From positions 27,305 through 91,304 of the forward strand of contig JBLKOM010000004.1 in assembly GCA_047602755.1 (NCBI GenBank): a stretch of DNA of 64,000 nt. The letters run 5' to 3'. The stretch is from Candidatus Woesearchaeota archaeon. Lineage in GTDB: Archaea; Nanobdellota; Nanobdellia; Woesearchaeales; JACJVV01. Made by a program: the position numbers and the translations under genes. The notes beneath the pieces were generated by a model. That model was given only the letters and a program-made list of their open reading frames with translations, had not been told where the DNA came from and did not search any database. Below, in pieces: positions 1-9,268 of the stretch. Position 1 is the first letter of the stretch. Every line of letters begins with the position of its first letter.

Positions 1-55
1 TTTCTGGGTCAATAATTTTTGATAATACTTCAACAACTTCTTCTTTTGTTTTCAT
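1..55 (-). CDS. DUF59/MIP18-family Fe-S assembly protein, N-terminal fragment (runs off the window)
   Basis: My own translation of the reverse strand from ATG at 55-53 gives MKTKEEVVEVLSKIIDPE. The IDPE motif is typical of DUF59 proteins, and the gene lies directly downstream of sufD. Confidence 0.5.
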   Translation of the reverse strand, partial: MKTKEEVVEVLSKIIDPE

Positions 56-59
56 TTTT

Positions 60-1073
60 CTATAACCCATAAGATATATTTTTATTCAAAAAATCTTGAG
101 TTTTTTCATCTAATTGTGTCAAAATCGGATTAAAAAAACCTTTAATTATTGTATTTATAGCATCTTCTCTTGAAATACCTCTACTCATTAAATAAAATAA
201 TTGCAATTCATCAACTTGTCCTATTGTAGAACCATGACTGCACTTAACATCATGGTTATGAATTTCAAGATTAGGTATAGCATCTGCCTCAGCAGTTTTA
301 CTTAAAATTAATGCATCCTGTTTTTCATAACCATTTGAATTAAAAGCATTCTTTTCAATTCTAACCCATCCTCTACTCAGCGCTTTCGCATTATTATTTA
401 CTGCTCCTCTAGTTAATATATTAGAATATGTTTCTTTATTTTTATGAATACTGCGAGTATCTATATCATATTGTTCATTATCTGTTGCAAGGTATAACAC
501 AGTTGATGTTCCTTTTGCACCTGGCTCTTGAAGAATATTAGTAAAACTTGCATGAGTATACTTACTTCCGGTAAGAGCAGCTACCCATTCAACAGTTGCA
601 TCTTTTTTAATTTTTGCGCCTGTATGTTTAAATGAATGAGTTTGACTTTCATAACCTTGTACAAGAATAATTTTAACATAAGATCCTTCCTCAGCAATTA
701 TATGTAAAGATGTAGCATCATAAGTCGCTGATCCTTTATTAATCAAAATTATTTCTGATTTAGAATTCGGTTTTGCAGTAACATAAATGGCTGTACGCCC
801 TGGGCTAACAGATGTAGTAGTAATAGTCAATGATTTAGCTTCATCTGCTGGAATAGTTAAATAGTATTTATCAGCATGAATATTATCAGAATAATATTGT
901 TTATCTTTATCATCAAACAAAAATTCTTGATAATTACCTTCTTTGCTAAATTCTACATCAGTTTCAACTTTAGTAGCATTAGTAGAATCTATATCCTTAT
1001 AATTAATTTCAGGAGTTAATCGAATTTTAAGACCATGCTTATACACAGGCTCAGGGACATTCTCAAGATTCAT
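60..1073 (-). CDS. sufD: Fe-S cluster assembly protein SufD
   Basis: 337 aa. The C-terminal beta-helix region (GQVDELQLFYLMSRGISREDA) is typical of SufD/SufB. It overlaps the sufB stop by 4 nt. Confidence 0.8.
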   Translation of the reverse strand: MNLENVPEPVYKHGLKIRLTPEINYKDIDSTNATKVETDVEFSKEGNYQEFLFDDKDKQYYSDNIHADKYYLTIPADEAKSLTITTTSVSPGRTAIYVTAKPNSKSEIILINKGSATYDATSLHIIAEEGSYVKIILVQGYESQTHSFKHTGAKIKKDATVEWVAALTGSKYTHASFTNILQEPGAKGTSTVLYLATDNEQYDIDTRSIHKNKETYSNILTRGAVNNNAKALSRGWVRIEKNAFNSNGYEKQDALILSKTAEADAIPNLEIHNHDVKCSHGSTIGQVDELQLFYLMSRGISREDAINTIIKGFFNPILTQLDEKTQDFLNKNISYGL

Positions 1074-2485
1074 CCTAAAGAACCCTCCATCTCAAGTTCA
1101 ATCAAACGATTTAACTCAACAGCATATTCTAAAGGCAATTCTTTAACAATAGGATCAATAAAACCAGAAACTATCATTTGAGTTGCAGTATCTTCATCAA
1201 GACCTCTACTCATTAAATAAAATATTTGGTCTTCATTTATTTTACCAACAGTAGCTTCATGCGCAATATCAACTTTCTCACCTTTCACATCCATATATGG
1301 ATAAGTATTTGATTGAGAAATATTATCAAACATAAGTGCATCACATTTTACACTTGAACTTGCATTTGTTGCACTTTTATGCACACTTAAAAGTCCTCGA
1401 TAAGTTGTAATTCCACCATTCTTGCTTATAGACTTAGACTGAATTGTTGAACTTGTATTTTTACCAATATGAACTATTTTACATCCTGTATCTTGATTTT
1501 GTCCTTTATTGGCAAATGCAATTCCAATAAAATCCGATTTAGATCTATCTCCAATTAAAACAGAACCTGGATATAACATTGTAACATTTGAACCCATATT
1601 ACCATTAATCCATTCAATAACCCCATCTTCATAAACAACTGCACGTTTAGTATTCAAATTAAAAGTATTCTTACTCCAATTTTCAATACTTGAATATCTT
1701 GCACGAGCTCCTTTCAAAACATGAATCTCAACACAACCTGCATGAAGACTACTTTGTGTATATTGTGGAGCTGAACAACCTTCAATATATTGAATTTCTG
1801 CTCCCTCATCAACTATTATCAACGTATGCTCAAATTGACCACCTTGTCTTGCGTTCATTCTAAAATAAGCTTGCAATGGCATTGTAACTTTAACACCTTT
1901 AGGTACATAAATAAATGTTCCACCGCTCCATACTGCTGCATGAAGTGCAGAAAATTTATGTAAATTAACTGGAACACAAGTTGTCATAAAATATTTCTTA
2001 ACTAATTCAGGATATTTCTGAACTGCTTCGTCACAATCTAAGAATACAACACCTAAATCTTCCCATTCTTTTTTTAATTTATGATAAATAACATCAGATT
2101 CATACTGTGCACCTGCACCACCTAAAGCTGTTTGCTCTGCCTTTGGAATCCCAAGCTTATCAAAAGTGTTCTTAATATCTTCAGGTACATCATCCCATGA
2201 CTCTGCATTACGTTTTGCATCCGGTCTTATATAATAATAAATTTGCGATAAATCTAAATTTTCAAGACTAGGTCCCCAATCTGGCATTTTTAATTCAAGG
2301 AATTTTTTATAACCTTCAAGCCTTTTCTGGAGCATCCACTCAGGTTCATTTTTTTGTTTAGAAATTTCTCTAACAATTTCTTCTGAAATACCAGTTTTTG
2401 GCCTGTAAACTAATCTTTCTTCATTATAATGATCATATGTTTCACGATTTATTTCAAAATCTTCAGATTTATCTGCTTCTGCCAT
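1070..2485 (-). CDS. sufB: Fe-S cluster assembly protein SufB
   Basis: 471 aa with highly conserved SufB blocks (EGCSAPQY, HTLIIVDEGAEIQYIEGC, EDQIFYLMSRGL). Confidence 0.9.
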   Translation of the reverse strand: MAEADKSEDFEINRETYDHYNEERLVYRPKTGISEEIVREISKQKNEPEWMLQKRLEGYKKFLELKMPDWGPSLENLDLSQIYYYIRPDAKRNAESWDDVPEDIKNTFDKLGIPKAEQTALGGAGAQYESDVIYHKLKKEWEDLGVVFLDCDEAVQKYPELVKKYFMTTCVPVNLHKFSALHAAVWSGGTFIYVPKGVKVTMPLQAYFRMNARQGGQFEHTLIIVDEGAEIQYIEGCSAPQYTQSSLHAGCVEIHVLKGARARYSSIENWSKNTFNLNTKRAVVYEDGVIEWINGNMGSNVTMLYPGSVLIGDRSKSDFIGIAFANKGQNQDTGCKIVHIGKNTSSTIQSKSISKNGGITTYRGLLSVHKSATNASSSVKCDALMFDNISQSNTYPYMDVKGEKVDIAHEATVGKINEDQIFYLMSRGLDEDTATQMIVSGFIDPIVKELPLEYAVELNRLIELEMEGSLG

Positions 2486-2683
2486 TTTTATATTAATTTT
2501 TTAATCCTAAATGATTTATAAACATTATGAACTAAAATAACCACATTTTAGTATAAATCCAATATAATTTTCGCTTATTTATAAGAATATCTAAAAAATA
2601 CTAGGTATATTTTTGATAGTAAGAGGGAATTAAAACTAAAAGCAATAAACAACTTTTATAAATATTAAAAATACAAATGACTA

Positions 2684-2893
2684 ATGCACACATACAAAAT
2701 AATACTCTGGGAAATTATTCTAATAATAGCTTCTGTATTTGTTTTTAGAAGCTTATGGTTACTTTTAGATAAATACCTAATTTTTCCTAACGAAGATTTA
2801 ACCTTAATAATATCATTAATAATTAGTATAATTTTAACAGCACTTGCAATTTACATGCTTGTTTATTATGAAAAGAAACAAAAAATCAACTAG
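2684..2893 (+). CDS. small hypothetical membrane protein (2 predicted TM)
   Basis: 69-aa ORF with two hydrophobic helices. I recognise no family. Confidence 0.35.
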   Translation: MHTYKIILWEIILIIASVFVFRSLWLLLDKYLIFPNEDLTLIISLIISIILTALAIYMLVYYEKKQKIN

Positions 2894-3024
2894 CAATATA
2901 ATTTTCTTTGTTTGAAACAGATTGCATAACATACGCAACAGCAAGACTAATCATTCCAACAAGTGCAGAATTTAAAATAAATTTTAGAAAAAATAAACAT
3001 AAATTTTTTGAGAATTCAAAAAAA

Positions 3025-3255
3025 TTAAATCTTATCAATTTGTTCTGCTAAAGAATAATCCAAATATGTAATTTTATTTTCTGAATGCGTAAAAAGCATA
3101 ATTTTAACTTTTTTATAACTATGAATTAGGATATCAGGATGATGATTTGCTTCTTCAGCTAAAGGCGTTATCTTTTTTACAAAATCAACTGCCTGAACAT
3201 AATTTTCAAATTGAAATTCTTTTACCAAAAATTTTCCTTCAAATTCCCAACTCAT
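3025..3255 (-). CDS. pterin-4-alpha-carbinolamine dehydratase (PCD/DCoH family)
   Basis: 76 aa. The FxFxxF...A..F...I...AE..NHHPD pattern is characteristic of the PCD family. Confidence 0.8.
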   Translation of the reverse strand: MSWEFEGKFLVKEFQFENYVQAVDFVKKITPLAEEANHHPDILIHSYKKVKIMLFTHSENKITYLDYSLAEQIDKI

Positions 3256-3333
3256 TTTATACTAGAAAATATTAAATTTATATAAAATTAACTATTAAAT
3301 AAAATATGCCCCAAACATACGGAAAAAGTAAAA

Positions 3334-3439
3334 TGCCCTCGCCGGGATTCGAACCCGAGTCACAGGATGTTTTTGAAATCAATAATTAAATTAACTTCTC
3401 GAAAATCCTGTATGATTGGCCGGACTACACCACAAGGGC
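3334..3439 (-). tRNA. tRNA-Glu (anticodon UUC) with ~31-nt intron; no encoded CCA
   Basis: Reverse complement reads GCCCTTG TG GTGTAGTCCGGCCAATCAT A CAGGA TTTTCG[intron]A TCCTG TGAC TCGGG TTCGAAT CCCGG CGAGGGC A. The 7-bp acceptor stem, T-arm TTCGAAT loop and archaeal tRNA-Glu-like D-arm are all present. The anticodon TTC lies at 3403-3401. The intron is about 3369-3399, at the canonical 37/38 site. Confidence 0.8.
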
Positions 3440-3491
3440 AATTTATTGAACTTGTGGTATGAACTATGTTCAGTGCCACAAGGGCAATTTA
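3430..3491. repeat. 16-bp direct repeat duplicating the tRNA 5' end plus its upstream flank
   Basis: ccacaagggcaattta occurs at 3430-3445 and again at 3476-3491. The 30-nt spacer contains the inverted copy cttgtgg and a tgaac/gttca hairpin. Confidence 0.6.
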
Positions 3492-3512
3492 ATATAATTG
3501 TTAAGAAACTGT

Positions 3513-3710
3513 TTATAAAGATTTCTTTTTACCCTTGCTTTTCTTACCTTTTTTTCTAAGTAAAATAGCTAAAAAGACAATGAATCCAATCTGTAAAAGA
3601 ATTGCTATAAACCAGTTCCAAGGCGAAGCAACAAATGGAAAAAATCCAAAAAAAGGCAAAATGATTACCGCAGCGACTAAACCCCATATTATTTTATCTT
3701 GATTTTTCAT
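3513..3710 (-). CDS. small membrane protein with Lys-rich tail
   Basis: 65 aa with two hydrophobic helices. It overlaps the stop of the upstream gene by 4 nt, which suggests coupling. Confidence 0.4.
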   Translation of the reverse strand: MKNQDKIIWGLVAAVIILPFFGFFPFVASPWNWFIAILLQIGFIVFLAILLRKKGKKSKGKKKSL

Positions 3711-5419
3711 TTTCTAAACACCTTACTAATCATTATACCTAATACGATCAATAAAATTAAATAAATGAACACATATGTGTACCAACAAAATGGCCCTAAT
3801 ATTCCAAAATAATAGCCCCATAAAGTACAATCATTACCAAAAATACCAGAAACAACTAAACCAGTAATTGGACTAATTATTCCTGTTTCATTAGTAGAAA
3901 CACCTGAACCTTGTTGATCACCAGATAATCCTTCATCATGATCAGTACTACCAGTTACTGTTGAATCATTTCTTGGTGGATTAACATAAGCAACTAAAGG
4001 TGGTCTTTCATCAACAACCTCAGTATCATTAATTACTTGCGAAGATACAAAAGAAGTACCACCAGATGATCTTCTTGATGTAGTTTGTGTTGTTGGATTA
4101 ATAACATTAAAAGACAAAACTGTTGATGTTGAAACTCTATCAAGAGAATCAACAATTGTCATATTTAAGATATAATTTCCAACAATTAAGTTTGAAGCAA
4201 TATTATACACAACTGGCAAACCAGCATGATTTGCTATAAAATATGGACCTTGAGTATCATTTAATGAATTATTCAAATATAAATTAAAAGTCAAATTAAT
4301 TGGGAATGAACTACTAGAAAAATTAACCTCTACATCTTTTTCTGTTCCGACTAAAATATTATCATCACTTACATTATGTGTAATATTTGTTATCTCAAAT
4401 ATGTCAACAAAAAATGAAACTGACTCACTGATTTGTCCTATTGAATTATTTGCATAGACAATTAAATCATATGTTCCATTCCCTAAAACTAAATTAAAAC
4501 TATCACAATTATTTAGAACAACCATTTCCCCGTTTAAACTATACCAACAATTTGTTGCATTTACAACATCTAATACAATATTAACTTGTGAACTCTCAAT
4601 AACAGCATCTACACTTGGTTCAACTAATACTAAATATGGTACATTATCATATTGTTCACCTGAATCATCATCATTACCATTACCATCATCACCAGAACCA
4701 TCGTCACCACCATTATCATTACCAGAACCATCATCACTACAAGTATCACCATAACATCCATTAACTACAGCATTTACACATTCAATCAATAAATCCTTAG
4801 AATGTTGAGTCCAATATGCTGACTGAACTATTCCAAAATAACAAAGTCCACCTTGCTGAGTTTCCCCATTATTTAAAACAGTCTCAGGCAAAACAAAAGA
4901 AACAACATGACCTTCATGCAAAGGACCTGAAGAAAGCGGTGGAGTATTTGCAATGGAAATCATATACTCTGGTAAATTTTTATTAGCAATATAATAATAA
5001 TCTAAATTAATTCCACTTGGCATTGTCGCTTGAGTATATGCATCATAAATTTGATTATTAAAACTAAACTTAAGGATATGACTAGAGGAAAGACTATTTA
5101 TACCATCATCAGAAACTCCCCACATAGTACCAAACCTTCTAGTTGTTATAATTGAAGGATAATCATTAACTGGTATATCTTGCCGAAATAACTCATCACC
5201 TGCATAAATAAAAACATATTCTGATAAATCAGTAATATCATTCTCGTTAATAGAAACAACTGAATAACCTAAATCTTCGAAAACTTGCACAACATTATTA
5301 TCAATTGCTAAGGAATTTCGATAAATATAAGCTACATCAGAAGCACTAGCAAACATTGTTGCAAGTACAATTATAAATAAGCACAGTATGGATAAAGTTA
5401 GTCTCTTTTGCATAGTCAT
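3707..5419 (-). CDS. secreted/surface protein with acidic Gly/Asp/Ser/Asn linker, Ig-like repeats and C-terminal TM anchor
   Basis: 570 aa. It has an N-terminal signal (LSILCLFIIVLATMFASA), a linker GSGNDNGGDDGSGDDGNGNDDDSG, many N-x-S/T sequons, and a C-terminal hydrophobic helix followed by a basic tail. Confidence 0.6.
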   Translation of the reverse strand: MTMQKRLTLSILCLFIIVLATMFASASDVAYIYRNSLAIDNNVVQVFEDLGYSVVSINENDITDLSEYVFIYAGDELFRQDIPVNDYPSIITTRRFGTMWGVSDDGINSLSSSHILKFSFNNQIYDAYTQATMPSGINLDYYYIANKNLPEYMISIANTPPLSSGPLHEGHVVSFVLPETVLNNGETQQGGLCYFGIVQSAYWTQHSKDLLIECVNAVVNGCYGDTCSDDGSGNDNGGDDGSGDDGNGNDDDSGEQYDNVPYLVLVEPSVDAVIESSQVNIVLDVVNATNCWYSLNGEMVVLNNCDSFNLVLGNGTYDLIVYANNSIGQISESVSFFVDIFEITNITHNVSDDNILVGTEKDVEVNFSSSSFPINLTFNLYLNNSLNDTQGPYFIANHAGLPVVYNIASNLIVGNYILNMTIVDSLDRVSTSTVLSFNVINPTTQTTSRRSSGGTSFVSSQVINDTEVVDERPPLVAYVNPPRNDSTVTGSTDHDEGLSGDQQGSGVSTNETGIISPITGLVVSGIFGNDCTLWGYYFGILGPFCWYTYVFIYLILLIVLGIMISKVFRK

Positions 5420-5591
5420 TAACCCCTCTTAGGTCACGAAACATATGTTATTTTTAAATCTTTCCCACAAAAAAATCACTTATGTCACTATATTGTGACA
5501 AAACATATTGAAATATACATACGAGAAAACAACTATAAAACTAGTAAATTATTAATATTAAAAAAATAATAAGTATCTGAGGAATTAATAA

Positions 5592-6779
5592 ATGGAAAAT
5601 TACATAATATATTTATTTTATTTATCAACATTACTTGTGCTAGGTATTTTAGCAACCGCAGTATCAAACAAATTCAGATTATCAAATATTTTATTTCTGG
5701 TTTTAATTGGATATGGACTTAAAAGTACAGGACTTGATTTTTTTGATGAAGAAATAATACTAGTTCTAAGTGCATTAGCGTTAATACTAATTGTACTAGA
5801 AACAACTATCAGACTAGAATTAACAGGGATAATGAAAAATTTCATACAGGTATTAAAATATAATATTGTTTTTTTAATAATCAGTTCATATATAATTACA
5901 TTAAGTGTTTATGTATTATTTGATATTCCAGGAAAAGGATTTGAAGTGTTTATTTTATGTTTACTATTAAGCTTTATAATATATGGCATTGACCCAATTA
6001 TTGCTACAGAATTTTTCCCTGTAAAAAAAAGTAAAGTCCATGATATCCTAGAAATAGAAGGAATTTTATCTGGTCCAATAGTAGTTATATTTTCTTTCTT
6101 TGTCATAGATTATTTAAATTCATCAATCTCAAATTTTACAATCGACATTTTCTCAACATTAATTATGATAATAAGACAAGTAGGATTAGCAGTAATAATT
6201 GGAATAATAATTGCATTTGTAGTATACAAATTAATTAAAAATTATCCAACAACAAGAGAACTTTCAGCACTATTTATCATCACCATAGCAATATTAACAT
6301 TTGTAATTGGAGAAATAATGTTAACTAATGCAACAATTGCTGTTGCAGTATATGGAATTATGCTAAAAGGTTTACTTAAAGATAATATCTCACCACAATA
6401 TACATCAATGATATCACATATACTTTATATAATTGTATTTATATTATTTGGAATTGAATTCTTTTTCCCAGAAGCAGTATTATGGCTAAAAGGAATTGCT
6501 TTATTTATCGCATATTTAGTTTTAAGATTTATGTGTATACTTCTTTTCATGAAAGAATTAAACTACAGACAAAAATTCTTTATGACATTTAATGTTGCAA
6601 AAGGAATTGAAGTTGCATTAATTATGTTTATAATGAAAATTAACTTTTCACATATTGAAGGAATAAATTTAATACTTTCTATTGGGTTTATGTTTTTTGT
6701 TTTTAGTTATATTGTATCAACTCTAGTAAATCACTTTAATGAATATTTTATTAAAGAAAGATCAAAAATAGAACAATAA
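5592..6779 (+). CDS. cation:proton antiporter-like membrane protein (Na+/H+ exchanger family)
   Basis: 395 aa and about 11 TM. The N-terminal region resembles the CPA-family start (LGILATAVSNKFRLSNILFLVLIGYGL). Confidence 0.55.
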   Translation: MENYIIYLFYLSTLLVLGILATAVSNKFRLSNILFLVLIGYGLKSTGLDFFDEEIILVLSALALILIVLETTIRLELTGIMKNFIQVLKYNIVFLIISSYIITLSVYVLFDIPGKGFEVFILCLLLSFIIYGIDPIIATEFFPVKKSKVHDILEIEGILSGPIVVIFSFFVIDYLNSSISNFTIDIFSTLIMIIRQVGLAVIIGIIIAFVVYKLIKNYPTTRELSALFIITIAILTFVIGEIMLTNATIAVAVYGIMLKGLLKDNISPQYTSMISHILYIIVFILFGIEFFFPEAVLWLKGIALFIAYLVLRFMCILLFMKELNYRQKFFMTFNVAKGIEVALIMFIMKINFSHIEGINLILSIGFMFFVFSYIVSTLVNHFNEYFIKERSKIEQ

Positions 6780-6845
6780 AATTCTGCATTCTAAAATCAA
6801 TAAATCAACGAAATTAATATAAATATAGATAGAATAACATCATAC

Positions 6846-7127
6846 ATGAGATTACTTACAATATTATTATTAATCTTTTTAGTATTTAGTGGTTTTCTAA
6901 TTGTTAAATATAATAATTATAAGTTTAACAATCCACAAGATGTTATTTCATTTACATCAGATTATGGAAGATGGTTATTTGGTGTTGGAAAAAGTGGAGC
7001 AAATGTTGTTGGGGCAGCAATTAATGAACAATGGCTTCCTCAAAATACTTCTGAAATAAATACAACAGATTCTGAGCAAATAAATCAATCAGATGAAACA
7101 AGAAGAGTAAGAATAATATATGAATAA
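6846..7127 (+). CDS. hypothetical protein with N-terminal TM/signal
   Basis: 93-aa ORF with one N-terminal hydrophobic helix. Confidence 0.35.
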   Translation: MRLLTILLLIFLVFSGFLIVKYNNYKFNNPQDVISFTSDYGRWLFGVGKSGANVVGAAINEQWLPQNTSEINTTDSEQINQSDETRRVRIIYE

Positions 7128-7145
7128 ACTAAAATAAAAACTATA

Positions 7146-7529
7146 TTATTCTTGTTTCTTTTGATAATACGTATATTTATGATGCTTACCTTTTACTAAT
7201 TCAATAGGATACTTTTCAGCTGATTTTTCAATTTTCTCCTCAAATGCTTTTGCAATATCAATATTTGAAACTCTTGCAAGATCAAATAAAAAATACACAC
7301 AATCACCAATCTCATCAGCCAATTCTTTTTTATTATTGGGATTAGTTAACCATTCTTTTACTTCATCGGGTGATTTCCAACGAAAATGTTCTAAGACTTC
7401 TGCAACTTCTATTGACAGTGCTAAAGCAACATCTTTTGGGTTATGAAATTGTTCCCAATCTCTATCATCAACAAATTTTTTAACAACATTATTTATATCA
7501 TCAACTGTAGTTTTTTTATCCATGCTCAT
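7146..7529 (-). CDS. MazG-like nucleotide pyrophosphohydrolase
   Basis: 127 aa. The sequence FVDDRDWEQFHNPKDVALALSIEVAEVLEHFRWK and the EIGDCVYFL motif are typical of the MazG/dCTPase-like all-alpha NTP pyrophosphatase family. Confidence 0.8.
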   Translation of the reverse strand: MSMDKKTTVDDINNVVKKFVDDRDWEQFHNPKDVALALSIEVAEVLEHFRWKSPDEVKEWLTNPNNKKELADEIGDCVYFLFDLARVSNIDIAKAFEEKIEKSAEKYPIELVKGKHHKYTYYQKKQE

Positions 7530-8281
7530 AATCGTTTCACCTCAATACTTAATCCTTTTTCATTCATCCTTATATAACGTGGGCATTCAGTAACTTCATA
7601 TCCATGTAATTGACAATGAACTTTTATTTCTTCCATATCAACTCCATCACACTTAATTAAGACATTAATCCCTTGCAAATCTGGATGAATTATTTCAAAC
7701 TTCTTTAAATCTTGTTTTATTTTTTTACTAATATTTTGAAAATGCAAATATCTTTCAGGCAATTTTGAAAGTTTCAAATATAAAATTTCTAACTCTTCAT
7801 TTGTAAAAGAGTATTCATCAATATCCATTTCAAAATTTGAAGCAATAAACCCACCTTTCTCAAGATTAACAGGTTTCCATTTACCAAAACTACCAAATAT
7901 AATATCTCCCCATTTTGAAGTATTTAAACCTAAACAACCTGAAACATCATTAATAACTAAACAATTTTTAGTTTTAATTTTCGACACATCTTGAAGAAAA
8001 GCATATGCCGGCATTGTATTAATTAATAAGACTGCATCACTGAACTCGCCATAAACTAACCCATAATCTGTTTTGATTTCAAAAACTTCAAGAGATGCTT
8101 TTTTAGCAAATTGTTGATATGTCATCCAGCCACCTTGATCTTGTATATGTACTGAATTATAGCCTTTTGATTTTGCATAATTAAATGCTGATTTAATAGC
8201 AGTATTACCTCTATTAGTAAAATAAACATATTTTTTACCAGTATATTTTCTTAATAATTCTTTAACACTATCAATGTTCAT
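7526..8281 (-). CDS. short PLP-dependent (DegT/aminotransferase fold-type I-like) protein
   Basis: 251 aa. The patterns FTNRGNTAIKSAF and GSFGKWKPVNLEKGGFI resemble the DegT-family sGTaAl and SF..xK...geGG motifs. It overlaps the mazG-like gene by 4 nt. Confidence 0.4.
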   Translation of the reverse strand: MNIDSVKELLRKYTGKKYVYFTNRGNTAIKSAFNYAKSKGYNSVHIQDQGGWMTYQQFAKKASLEVFEIKTDYGLVYGEFSDAVLLINTMPAYAFLQDVSKIKTKNCLVINDVSGCLGLNTSKWGDIIFGSFGKWKPVNLEKGGFIASNFEMDIDEYSFTNEELEILYLKLSKLPERYLHFQNISKKIKQDLKKFEIIHPDLQGINVLIKCDGVDMEEIKVHCQLHGYEVTECPRYIRMNEKGLSIEVKRL

Positions 8282-8800
8282 GATAGAAGATGATTAATTA
8301 GTATTTATAAAATAAATTACAAAATACAAAAAAAAGCATATTTATGGCATTTATGACCAGAAAATACTATATAGTTCAAATTCATTAATAACCTAAAGAA
8401 AATGTAGTGGAAGCTATGCAAATATATTATTTCCCAAATTAAAGCAAGGTAACAAAATGATAATCAAAAGAGAAAATAAAACAAAAAAAAGTAAGAATCA
8501 AAATGATAATATAAAAAATAAAGAAATAGATTGGAATATACACTGGAAAAATTATCATGACATTATTGATGATTTTCACTCAAAAAACTCTAAAGTTTAG
8601 AAAGTGATGGAAATGAAATGGAAAAATATAATGAAACCAAAAATAATAAACTTAGATAAAAATTTATTAACTCAAAGAGGTATTTATTCAATCAACTCGA
8701 GAAACATTTACAGAGTAAATGGAAAAATGCGTGGAAGATAAACCAGAAAATAAAAGAATAAAAAAATAAATTTATTAATTATATTTCTCAAAATAACAAT

Positions 8801-9268
8801 TTATTCTTTCAACACAATATGTGTTTCAGTTACTTGGCCCATCGTATCAATAACTGCCCACATCTCAGATATATCTTCATTAAGATAATAAGTTGTAACA
8901 GTATCAATTGGCCCAACAGGTGTATCAATTATACTAATTGAAAGCAATTCACAAACTCTTATTCCATCTCGAATGGTTATACCTATAATTTCTGCATCAA
9001 TTGAAACTTCAGGCTGTTCATCGAAATAAACCTCACCTTCAATACACCATTCTTCTAATGACTGTGTAACTTCATAATCTATTGTTTTATCAGAAACATC
9101 AACTTCAACTATTTCATCATCAATCTGAACATCAATATCCAAATCTTCAACCGTTACTTCTGACAAATCATCATCAGGCAATTGTTCTACTAAATCAGAA
9201 CCATCATCATTTGATGCACACCCTACTAAAATAAAAGCAGTTAATAACAAAGCTAATAAATATTTCAT
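8801..9268 (-). CDS. acidic lipoprotein-like secreted protein
   Basis: 155 aa. It has a signal with a lipobox-like ILVGC motif and a very Asp/Glu-rich mature part. Confidence 0.55.
   Translation of the reverse strand: MKYLLALLLTAFILVGCASNDDGSDLVEQLPDDDLSEVTVEDLDIDVQIDDEIVEVDVSDKTIDYEVTQSLEEWCIEGEVYFDEQPEVSIDAEIIGITIRDGIRVCELLSISIIDTPVGPIDTVTTYYLNEDISEMWAVIDTMGQVTETHIVLKE

Noticed and set aside
8282-8456. A possible structured ncRNA or C/D-box sRNA in the long gap downstream of 7526-8281.
   Set aside because: The sequence is almost entirely A/T, with no convincing stems and no proper RUGAUGA/CUGA box pairs.
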